Positions 1 through 7,375 of a stretch of DNA of 23,281 bases are shown here, in pieces. The DNA is taken from positions 1 through 23,281 of the forward strand of contig JAYNIA010000044.1 of the NCBI GenBank assembly GCA_038108555.1. The letters are read 5' to 3'. The notes under the pieces were generated by a model. It saw nothing but the letters and a program-made list of their open reading frames with translations. It made no database searches and had not been told where the DNA came from. The number at the start of each line of letters is the position of its first letter. Within the stretch, counting starts at the first letter, position 1. Source of the stretch: Nitrospinota bacterium. GTDB lineage: Bacteria > Nitrospinota > Nitrospinia > Nitrospinales > VA-1. Both the position numbers and the translations under genes were made by a program.

Positions 1-1
1 T

Positions 2-88
2 TGGTGCCGAAGAGAAGACTCGAACTTCCACGTCCTAATGGACACATGAACCTGAATCATGCGCGTCTACCAATTCCGCCACTTCGGC
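2..88 (-). tRNA. tRNA-Leu (anticodon CAG), CCA encoded
   Basis: Reverse complement reads GCCGAAGTGGCGGAATTGGTAGACGCG-CATGA TT CAG GT TCATG-long variable arm-GGAAG TTCGAGT CTTCT-CTTCGGC-A-CCA. Acceptor, D, anticodon and T arms all pair. Confidence 0.97.
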
Positions 89-114
89 TTACTTCCATCT
101 TGTTGAAGTCTTGT

Positions 115-142
115 ATTATAAGGTCACCTTGAAAAATTTCAA
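115..142 (-). promoter_or_regulatory. sigma70-like promoter for tRNA-Leu
   Basis: Minus strand TTGAAA (142-137), 16 bp spacer, TATAAT (120-115), 26 nt upstream of the tRNA 5' end. Confidence 0.7.
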
Positions 143-258
143 GGGATAAGAAGCAACAAATAATCCCTTAGATCCAACCCTCCTCCAACTCCTCCCTATT
201 ACCCCTTCGGGGACGAAGGCAATAGAAAAATATCACGGAAAAGAGGAGAGCAAAGATA

Positions 259-474
259 ACAGGCTCAGCATGACAGGCCCCCCCCGGCCCTTGTGCTATC
301 AACAACCTAAAATTTCATGCCCTGAAAGGGTACCTTGGGAAGGAGGGAGAACACCCAGAATCACCCTTCGATTTTTACTCAGGGTGACAACCACCGAACA
401 AGCAACCCCCCTCTGCCCCCCTTGTCAGGGGGGGGAACTAATTTCAATCCTCCCCCTAGGGGGATGTGGGGGTT
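259..474. repeat. Direct repeat copy 1 (hairpin-rich composite unit)
   Basis: 259-421 reads identical to 546-708 (offset 287). It is followed by a diverged C/G-tract double hairpin that ends at 474. Confidence 0.95.
404..474. repeat. REP/REPIN-like C/G-tract double-hairpin element (copy A)
   Basis: AACCCCCC..CCCCCCTTGTCAGGGGGGGG..AT spacer..CTCCCCCTAGGGGGA..GGGGGTT, with terminal inverted repeat AACCCCC/GGGGGTT. Confidence 0.8.
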
Positions 475-545
475 TATTCTCACCCTCACCTTAATCCTCT
501 TACCCGTACCGGGCACGCGAGCTTTGGTAAGTTATCACGGCTTCG

Positions 546-760
546 ACAGGCTCAGCATGACAGGCCCCCCCCGGCCCTTGTGCTATCAACAACCTAAAAT
601 TTCATGCCCTGAAAGGGTACCTTGGGAAGGAGGGAGAACACCCAGAATCACCCTTCGATTTTTACTCAGGGTGACAACCACCGAACAAGCAACCCCCCTC
701 TGCCCCCCCTTGTCAGGGGGGGAATTTTAAAACCTCCCCCTAGGGGGAATGTGGGGGGTT
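546..760. repeat. Direct repeat copy 2
   Basis: Matches 259-474. Differences are confined to homopolymer lengths and the AT spacer of the terminal element. Confidence 0.95.
691..760. repeat. REP/REPIN-like C/G-tract double-hairpin element (copy B)
   Basis: Same architecture as 404-474 and 3302-3371. Confidence 0.8.
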
Positions 761-784
761 AATTACCTACCGGGCGTGGCCTGG

Positions 785-1855
785 TTATTTGTGGTCTATC
801 GCGGAATGTTCGGCTTCTTCGAGTTCGTGTTCGGCCTCTTCTTCGGCCTTCATCAGGGAACTGAGGGACATATGGTCGCTGAAGATGAAGTAAAATCCAC
901 CTGCGAAGATCACCAGAAACGACAAGGCCCAAACCACCATCCCGAAACTCACGGCGGTCACTTCAGACTCGCCCATGATGTCGTGCAGGGCAATCAGGAC
1001 ACCCGCGTTGTAAGACCCCAGAAAAGCTGGTGTGGGTAACGCGGTAATGAGGATGCAGACCATCACGGTCAATATCAACAGGGACTCGAGCGTGATTTTT
1101 TGCAGGTCGAAGGCGTAATAAAAGGGGTAATAGGTGACAACAATTAAAAACCAGGTCAAAAGGGAATAGATGATGATTTGCACCAATGCACTTTTGTCTT
1201 TAATGATCTGGCAACCTAACGCAAACTCACCCACCATGAATATAATTTTCTCTTTCCATTTCTCGGGCAAAGGACGGGTGAACCAGTTGATCCACGATTT
1301 TACTTTTGCTTCATACCAGGTGAGCAGGAACATGAATACAAGCAGTCCACAAACCAGAATCAGGCAGACGCGGCCGAACCCGATCGCCATTTTTTGTACG
1401 GGTATCCCGGAAAAGGTCAGGTTGGGATCAAACACATCGGCATGGAACACAAACACCCACACGAACAGGCCCATCAGGCAAACGAGGTCGAACAGGCGTT
1501 CGACGATGATGGTTGAGAAGGCTCCTGAAAAGGTGATTCCGTTTTTCTTGCCAACCAGGTAGGCACGCAAAAACTCCCCCGCCCGTGCGGGTAGCACGTT
1601 GCCCATGAACCCGATCATCAACGGCGAATAGATTTCTTTGACGGGTATTTGTTTAAAGGGACGCAGCAATATCTGCCAGCGGTAAGCTCGGGTCACATAA
1701 CTCAGGGCTACAATCAGCACGCCCGGAAGGGTATAAATAAGCTCGGCGTTTTTCAACGAGTTGACCAGCTCTTCAAAGGATACGTTTCGCAGGGTGTAAT
1801 AAAGCGCCGCAATGGCGATAACCAACCCGATTATTGATTGCCTTACCTTCTTCAA
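785..1855 (-). CDS. Lysylphosphatidylglycerol synthase TM-domain / flippase-like membrane protein (UPF0104 family)
   Basis: 356 aa polytopic protein with RAYRWQILL, GFMGNVLPARAGEFLRAYL, STIIVERLFDL and LPTPAFLGSY motifs. Overlaps the ribF stop by 4 bp. Confidence 0.85.
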   Translation of the reverse strand: MKKVRQSIIGLVIAIAALYYTLRNVSFEELVNSLKNAELIYTLPGVLIVALSYVTRAYRWQILLRPFKQIPVKEIYSPLMIGFMGNVLPARAGEFLRAYLVGKKNGITFSGAFSTIIVERLFDLVCLMGLFVWVFVFHADVFDPNLTFSGIPVQKMAIGFGRVCLILVCGLLVFMFLLTWYEAKVKSWINWFTRPLPEKWKEKIIFMVGEFALGCQIIKDKSALVQIIIYSLLTWFLIVVTYYPFYYAFDLQKITLESLLILTVMVCILITALPTPAFLGSYNAGVLIALHDIMGESEVTAVSFGMVVWALSFLVIFAGGFYFIFSDHMSLSSLMKAEEEAEHELEEAEHSAIDHK

Positions 1856-2781
1856 TGGGATTCCTTCAGTATGGTTTTGGCTTTCTCGATATCTTTATTG
1901 ATCTGATCGACCAGTTCTTCTTTTGACTTGAAGGCTATTTCACTGCGGATGCGGGAAATGAACTCCACCTCGATTTCCTTGCCGTAAATCACCTGATTGA
2001 AATCGAAGATATGGACTTCGACGCTCAACCGGTCGCGATTGAAGGTAGGGTTGAACCCGATATTCGCCACGGCATCGTAGGAGTTGTTCTGGTAGATCAT
2101 GCGCACGGCATAAACTCCTGTGCCGGGAATCTGCACTTTGCTGGTGTCGATGTTCGCAGTGGGGAAACCTATCGCCTGCCCGGTTTTGTATCCTGAAACT
2201 ACCGGTCCCACGATGGAGTAGTATCTTCCCAGGAATTTTTTTGCGGCTTCCATATTTCCGGCTTCGATCACTTCGCGCACATGCGAACTGCTAACGGTGA
2301 GTCCATCGAGTTGGATCGGGTCGACCACGTTTACGATGAAGCCGAACTCTTCTCCCATTTTTTTCAGGTAGGGAATGGTGCCTTCTCGACCTTTGCCGAA
2401 TGCGTAGTCGAATCCGACCACCACTTCTTTCGCGCCAATTTTTTCACTCAGGATATCTTTGGAAAAGTCGCGCGGCCGCTGGTCGGCAAACTTCCGGGTG
2501 AAGTCGGCACAGATGACGCTGTCTATATTGCAGGCTTCGATGAGTTTCATTTTTTTATTAAAATGCGTGAGCAGGGGGGGAACTTTTTCGGGGGCAATGA
2601 TTTTCAGCGGGTGCGGCTCGAACGTGAACGCGATGGAGGTGCCCCCCTTCTCCCGGGCAATCTCGGCTGCTTTCTTGAAAAGTATCTGGTGACCTACGTG
2701 CACCCCGTCAAAGTTACCCAATGTCACAACGGGGTAGGGAAAGGGACCGCTTATATTTTTGGTTCCGCGTATGATTTTCAT
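1852..2781 (-). CDS. ribF: Bifunctional riboflavin kinase / FAD synthetase
   Basis: GNFDGVHVGH, VVVGFDYAFG, VSSSHVRE, GFPTAN, NIGFNPTF and EVHIFDF motifs. Confidence 0.97.
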   Translation of the reverse strand: MKIIRGTKNISGPFPYPVVTLGNFDGVHVGHQILFKKAAEIAREKGGTSIAFTFEPHPLKIIAPEKVPPLLTHFNKKMKLIEACNIDSVICADFTRKFADQRPRDFSKDILSEKIGAKEVVVGFDYAFGKGREGTIPYLKKMGEEFGFIVNVVDPIQLDGLTVSSSHVREVIEAGNMEAAKKFLGRYYSIVGPVVSGYKTGQAIGFPTANIDTSKVQIPGTGVYAVRMIYQNNSYDAVANIGFNPTFNRDRLSVEVHIFDFNQVIYGKEIEVEFISRIRSEIAFKSKEELVDQINKDIEKAKTILKESH

Positions 2782-2923
2782 AAAACTGCCCTCAGTCTAC
2801 CTTAATGGACTGATTTTTCAAGCCCTGCCGCCAGGGAACTGTAAAATAGTTTTCCTTCAACTGATGATATTTGAGGTGGTTTCTGCTAAAATAGCCCCAC
2901 CCGAATAATTAAGGAGCCTTTGA

Positions 2924-3217
2924 ATGTTTGATATCGGATTTTTTGAGCTGATGATAATTATGGGGATCGCCGTTGTGGTGATCGGCCCGCAAAACCTTCC
3001 CAAACTCGCGAAAGCCATCGGTAAAGGATGGGGAGAGTTCCAGAAAACCTTCAGCGGACTCAAGCAGGACGTAATGGACGAAGCGGAAGGTCTGAAACAA
3101 ACGGTGAATATCGATTCCCTGGAACAGGATGTGAGTGCAGCTACTAAAGTCGATGTCGATGTCAACCTCTCCGAAATGGATCTGGATATCTCCGGCGATA
3201 TCAAAAAAGACATCTAA
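2924..3217 (+). CDS. tatB: Twin-arginine translocase TatA/TatB-family subunit (TatB-like)
   Basis: MFDIGFFELMIIMGIAVVVIGPQNLPKLAK gives the TM helix, GP hinge and amphipathic helix. RBS AAGGAG at 2911-2916. Confidence 0.85.
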   Translation: MFDIGFFELMIIMGIAVVVIGPQNLPKLAKAIGKGWGEFQKTFSGLKQDVMDEAEGLKQTVNIDSLEQDVSAATKVDVDVNLSEMDLDISGDIKKDI

Positions 3218-3301
3218 CAGGGCAAGCCCTGTGGCTAACTGGTCGTTACTTTCTTGAACCGGCCAAAGCCTCTAAGCTTCTGGAAACAAGTTTTCTAAAA
3301 C

Positions 3302-3371
3302 AACCCCCCACACCCCCTTGTCAGGGGGCTCATTAAATTAACTCCCCCTGTTAAGGGGGATACAGGGGGTT
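3302..3371. repeat. REP/REPIN-like C/G-tract double-hairpin element (copy C, most symmetric)
   Basis: AACCCCCCACA-CCCCCTTGTCAGGGGG-AT spacer-CTCCCCCTGTTAAGGGGGA-TACA-GGGGGTT. The two halves are near reverse complements. Confidence 0.8.
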
Positions 3372-3389
3372 TTTCATTAAGTCCTCACT

Positions 3390-3773
3390 TTGATAAGTTC
3401 CGTTTCATTTCATCCATTCATTTCCCATTTTCCCCCGGCGCTGTTTGTTGCGGGGCTGGTCCTGCTTTTCCTCACAAGTAAGAAGGATGATGCGAAACTG
3501 AAATCCGCAGCGAGTTTTAATTTAAGTTTGGGATTGCTGGCAGCCGTCGTTGCCAGTTTTTCGGGAATGATGTCGGTCGATATCAGCCTGCGCACCACCG
3601 TCGAGGTTGAAGGGCATCAGGGTTACTCTTTCCTGTTCACCATTCTTTATGGATTTGCAGTGGGATACTCCTACACTAACTCGTTTTCAAAAACCGCTAA
3701 AGGATTTTATGTGGTGGGATTGATCACCATGTGCATCTGCCTTTTTTCCGGTTACCAACTAGTCTTTCATTAA
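3390..3773 (+). CDS. DUF2231-like four-helix membrane protein
   Basis: N-terminal HPFISHFP motif, four hydrophobic segments, His before TM3 (EGHQG), C-terminal GYQLVFH. TTG start, so the exact start is uncertain. Confidence 0.75.
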   Translation: MISSVSFHPFISHFPPALFVAGLVLLFLTSKKDDAKLKSAASFNLSLGLLAAVVASFSGMMSVDISLRTTVEVEGHQGYSFLFTILYGFAVGYSYTNSFSKTAKGFYVVGLITMCICLFSGYQLVFH

Positions 3774-3787
3774 GGACTCCACGGCCG

Positions 3788-3803
3788 ACCCTCTTACGAG
3801 GGT
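3788..3803. terminator. Hairpin between the convergent DUF2231-like genes
   Basis: ACCCTC-TTAC-GAGGGT stem with no clear U-tract on either strand. Confidence 0.3.
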
Positions 3804-3864
3804 GGTATACAAGTAATCTATCGTTAAAGGACAGACAATGATTGCCCGCATTTGGGGTATGGAC

Positions 3865-4296
3865 CTATTGGCCCCACGCCGAGTGGGGGAGTTCGAAGCG
3901 GTGAACCAGTTCGCCGCCGTAATAGCCTGTGCCCAGCACACAGACGAGACCCGCTACAAGAGCTAAAAAATATACGACCTGTCCCATTCGATTTGGGAAG
4001 TAGCGTGAAAAAATCATAGCTATAAGAAAGGCAACCAGTGTGAGAAACGCGTATCGAAGGTGACCGGAGAGGAAGTCTTTAAACTTTTCCGTATTTTCCA
4101 GGCTCAGCATCCCTAAAAAACCGACCACAAGAACCGGGAAGATGCACCAGAATCCGAAGCGGGTGTTGAATCGCCCAGCGGTTTCAACCGTTTCGTCTTT
4201 TTTCAGTTTCCCATAAATTTCGAACACCACTCCACTGGTCAACAAGGCAACGGGGAAGTGAACGATTAAAGGATGCAGCTGGGCAAAAAATTTCAT
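3865..4296 (-). CDS. DUF2231-like four-helix membrane protein
   Basis: HPLIVHFPVAL motif, SGHLRY before TM3, C-terminal GYYGGELVH. Confidence 0.85.
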   Translation of the reverse strand: MKFFAQLHPLIVHFPVALLTSGVVFEIYGKLKKDETVETAGRFNTRFGFWCIFPVLVVGFLGMLSLENTEKFKDFLSGHLRYAFLTLVAFLIAMIFSRYFPNRMGQVVYFLALVAGLVCVLGTGYYGGELVHRFELPHSAWGQ

Positions 4297-4303
4297 CGCA
4301 ATA

Positions 4304-5116
4304 TTATTTTTTCTTTTTGTTTCTTAATCGGTCCAGGTCTGCCAGCAAAATTCCGGCAGCGACCGAAACGTTTAGAGATTGCATTTCACCTGCGCCGGGA
4401 ATATGAACAAGAGAATCGCAACGGCGTTTGACTCTATCCGACAACCCTTCCTGTTCGTTACCCAGAACCAAAACCATGGGGAAGGAAAAATTGACCGAAT
4501 TTATAGATTCCTTTGCGGCGGGGTCGGCACCCACCACCGACCATCCGCGTTCGCGGCAGTCTCTTAAAGAAGAGGAAAGGTCGCTACTATTATAAACCGG
4601 TACCCGTTCCCATCCCCCTTCCGCCATTCGTGCAGCGGACGGAGTAATGCCGGTCACGGTTCCTGCGTTGGGAACGATCAATCCCTGGACTCCAAAATAC
4701 GCACAGCTTCTTAAAATAGCTCCCTGATTGTGTGGATTCTCGATTCCATCCAAGGCAACAACCAATCCTTTATCCGGCATGCTGCCGCGAATCAGTTTAT
4801 GTGAAGATTCACATGCCAGAGGCTTTACCACCATGACAACCCCTTCATGATGAGTCCCCGAGGCAACCTTGTTAAGGGATTCCTGATCCAATTGACGGAA
4901 GGGAAGTTTTTTTTCTGCGCACCAGTTCTTTACTTTTTTCAATTCCGTGGCACGGCTTCGACTGAAAAACAATCGCAATAAACTTTCGGGGCGTTTCTCA
5001 AACGCACTCATACATGCGTTCCAGCCATATAGAGTAAACTCTTCCTTCTTCTTATGCTTGGCCCGGTCTCGATCCGAATGCGTTTTCTTAAATGTCTTTG
5101 GTTTTTTAGGATTCAC
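4304..5116 (-). CDS. TrmH/SpoU-family RNA 2'-O-methyltransferase (RlmB/YfiF-like)
   Basis: DGIENPHNQGAILRS, LVLGNEQEGLS and SLNVSVAAGI SPOUT motifs, plus an N-terminal substrate-binding domain (YGWNA...HHEGV). GTG start. Confidence 0.92.
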   Translation of the reverse strand: MNPKKPKTFKKTHSDRDRAKHKKKEEFTLYGWNACMSAFEKRPESLLRLFFSRSRATELKKVKNWCAEKKLPFRQLDQESLNKVASGTHHEGVVMVVKPLACESSHKLIRGSMPDKGLVVALDGIENPHNQGAILRSCAYFGVQGLIVPNAGTVTGITPSAARMAEGGWERVPVYNSSDLSSSLRDCRERGWSVVGADPAAKESINSVNFSFPMVLVLGNEQEGLSDRVKRRCDSLVHIPGAGEMQSLNVSVAAGILLADLDRLRNKKKK

Positions 5117-5170
5117 TTAAATGCTTTATATCTTTTAATATGGTGTCATGAAATAAGGAAAGTTATAAGG

Positions 5171-5200
5171 AAACCCCCTTAATCCCCCTTATCAGGGGGA
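5171..5200. repeat. Half copy of the REP-like C/G-tract element (copy D)
   Basis: AAACCCCCTTAAT-CCCCCTTATCAGGGGG-A matches the left arm of copies A-C. Confidence 0.7.
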
Positions 5201-5309
5201 ATTATTTAAAATTCAACTTCTAGAAGCATAATGGCTTTGAAGGCAGAATGAAGTCCCGATCAATTTCAACCAGACGTTTCCCTGCCCCTTACCCGCGGCC
5301 TTTGGGCCG

Positions 5310-6344
5310 CTAGCCATGACCGCCCATCATAAACTCTTCATCGTCATCGAATTTGAGGGGGATATTATTTTGAAAAAACTCTTCTACTTTTTCCATGACC
5401 TCGCCCGTAGTGAGGCATTCGAACATACTCTTCCTGAATTTTGCGGCACCCGGATTCCCAAACGCCAGCCAGGCAGAAAATTTGCGTAACATGATCAGAG
5501 CAAAACGTGTGTCGTAATATTCCTGCAAACTTTTTCGATAGCGACGGATGATTTCCAGGCAGGAGCTTTTTGTATCCAGACCAATGCACTCGTTGAAGAT
5601 TCCGGGATTCCGCAAAGCACCACGTCCTATCATCACCGCATCCACTTTAGACTCTTCCAGTCTTTTCCTTGCCTGCTCTGAATTACGAATGTCGCCATTT
5701 CCGATGATGGGGAGTTTCGCCTGTTCTTTAACTTCAGCAATCAAATTCCAATCCGCTTTACCTTCGTATCCCTGCGCTCGGGTGCGACCGTGAATAGCAA
5801 CCCATTCGCAACCTGAGTTGTAGGCGGCTTTGACACACTCATGAATGGTCAGCTCTTCTTCATTCCAACCCGTACGCATTTTTACTGTGAGAGGAAGACG
5901 GATGCCTTTTTTTATGGTGGCCAGAAAATTTTCCAGGTGGGATGGATCACGCAAAAGGGCGGCACCACAACCTTTCTTTACCACTTTTTTTACGGGACAT
6001 CCCAGGTTGATATCAATGAAGTCGGCACCAATCGATTCGACAAGCTCGGAAGCCTGCACAATATCCTCTGCCGATTCACCGAATAGTTGAATTCCAGTAA
6101 TGGATTTCCCATTGGGATGAACCCGCATCATTTTTCGTGTTTTTTCAGAGTTGTAGAACACGCCTTTTGCAGAAACCAGCTCTGAGATCAGAACCCCTGC
6201 ATTCATTTCATCCATCAATTCGCGAAAACAAACATCGGTGATGCCCGCCATAGGCGCAAGCCAAAAGGCGTTTCTTGCTCTGGCAAAAAGTCCATCGGTC
6301 TTTTGCGCCTCTTCTTTTATTACAGGGGTGGTCAGGGTGTTCAT
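5310..6344 (-). CDS. dusB: tRNA-dihydrouridine synthase (DusB-like)
   Basis: LAPMAGITD, IQLFG, IDINLGCP, TVKMRTG, HGRTRAQGY, IGNGDI and VMIGRGA motifs. Confidence 0.93.
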   Translation of the reverse strand: MNTLTTPVIKEEAQKTDGLFARARNAFWLAPMAGITDVCFRELMDEMNAGVLISELVSAKGVFYNSEKTRKMMRVHPNGKSITGIQLFGESAEDIVQASELVESIGADFIDINLGCPVKKVVKKGCGAALLRDPSHLENFLATIKKGIRLPLTVKMRTGWNEEELTIHECVKAAYNSGCEWVAIHGRTRAQGYEGKADWNLIAEVKEQAKLPIIGNGDIRNSEQARKRLEESKVDAVMIGRGALRNPGIFNECIGLDTKSSCLEIIRRYRKSLQEYYDTRFALIMLRKFSAWLAFGNPGAAKFRKSMFECLTTGEVMEKVEEFFQNNIPLKFDDDEEFMMGGHG

Positions 6345-7249
6345 TTGATTATTACAGCTTCCATTAATGGTTCAAAATGGGAAGGCGGGTCGACACAAAA
6401 CCCCATGATCCGATCAAGATAATTAAACTCCAGATTCCACGCGTGCAAACCATACTGGTAGTTATCATCCGTTCCATTACCGTACACTTTGTCATTGTAT
6501 ATGGGAAGCCCACAACTTGAAAGGTGTACACGGATTTGATTGGTTCTTCCAGAAAGAGGCATCACTTTTAAAAGTGAGAGTCCCTCCTTTGAAGCTAGCC
6601 ATTGAACTTCTGTTTTAGCCGACTTTGCTTTTTTTATTTGATCCCCTACCCCTCTATGCGATCCATTCAAAACGCCAATCGGTTCATCGATGCAAAAATT
6701 TTCTTTTTCCGGTTCCCCTTCCACTAAAGCCAGGTATTCTTTTTTTACACGCGAGCTTTTAAACTCGTTCATCAAAACGGCTGCGGCTTCCCGGGTTTTG
6801 GCGAAAACGATGAGACCGGTGGTCGTTACATCCAACCTTTGTACCGGTCTGGGTGTTTCTTGGGGGTACAACTCTTTCAAAATTTCTGTCATGCTGTTTT
6901 GAAAGTATCGCCCGCTCGGATGCACGGGGATAGGCGCAGGTTTATTGAATACCCTTAACTGTGAGTCCTCATAAACCACCTTCAAGTTACGGTTTGCGGG
7001 GGGCTCCTGTCGCAACCCTGCATTGGTAACAATGCGGTCCCCTTCTTTTAAAATATAACCGATGTGAGCTTTCTCTCCATTTATAGAGATATCGCCATTA
7101 TTTATTTGGGCGATCCAGTCTTTTTTGGATTGATAAGGAAAGCGTTTGGCAAAATATTCTTCAACCGGGAGGCCTAAATACTGGGGAGAAGGCGAAGATT
7201 GATATACCTGTTGGCTTGCCGGAGGCTGGAATAGGGATAAATTATGCAA
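6341..7249 (-). CDS. RluA/RluD-family RNA pseudouridine synthase with an S4-like N-terminus
   Basis: NKPAPIPVHP, QRLDVTTTG (catalytic Asp), KEYLALV, GRTNQIRVHL and LHA motifs. TTG start uncertain. Overlaps the dusB start by 4 bp. Confidence 0.92.
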   Translation of the reverse strand: MHNLSLFQPPASQQVYQSSPSPQYLGLPVEEYFAKRFPYQSKKDWIAQINNGDISINGEKAHIGYILKEGDRIVTNAGLRQEPPANRNLKVVYEDSQLRVFNKPAPIPVHPSGRYFQNSMTEILKELYPQETPRPVQRLDVTTTGLIVFAKTREAAAVLMNEFKSSRVKKEYLALVEGEPEKENFCIDEPIGVLNGSHRGVGDQIKKAKSAKTEVQWLASKEGLSLLKVMPLSGRTNQIRVHLSSCGLPIYNDKVYGNGTDDNYQYGLHAWNLEFNYLDRIMGFCVDPPSHFEPLMEAVIIK

Positions 7250-7375
7250 AGTTTTATTTCATTCTGTTCGAGCGTGGCCCATCCATTCTGGTGGAAGGCA
7301 AAGAACCTATAATTAAAGGCTTTTCGATAGCCTCTAGCTTTTTGGGCTTTGACCTATTGGCCCTACGCCTGGTAG

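Noticed and set aside
404..474. G-quadruplex as the explanation for the G/C tracts
   Set aside because: Each G-tract has a complementary C-tract positioned to form hairpins, which explains the pattern more simply. Each strand has only three clear runs per element.
270..730. ORFs 270-494 and 335-730 (+) containing a repeated peptide
   Set aside because: They are translations of the DNA repeat. The two copies shift frame at homopolymer runs, there is no convincing RBS, and the products resemble no protein family I recognise.
259..760. CRISPR array
   Set aside because: Only two long copies, no 25-45 bp repeat/unique spacer periodicity, and no cas genes.
2..760. Integrative element / att site at tRNA-Leu
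   Set aside because: The repeats lie on the 5' side of the tRNA. No duplicated tRNA 3' end and no integrase are seen; the 3' flank is outside the window.
749..2805. Plus-strand ORFs 749-1039, 1170-1562, 1649-1837, 2011-2196, 2281-2805 and 2459-2692
   Set aside because: Antisense shadows of the well-supported minus-strand genes.
2857..3213. Minus-strand ORFs opposite tatB
   Set aside because: Shadow ORFs. The plus-strand TatB has the family motif and an RBS.
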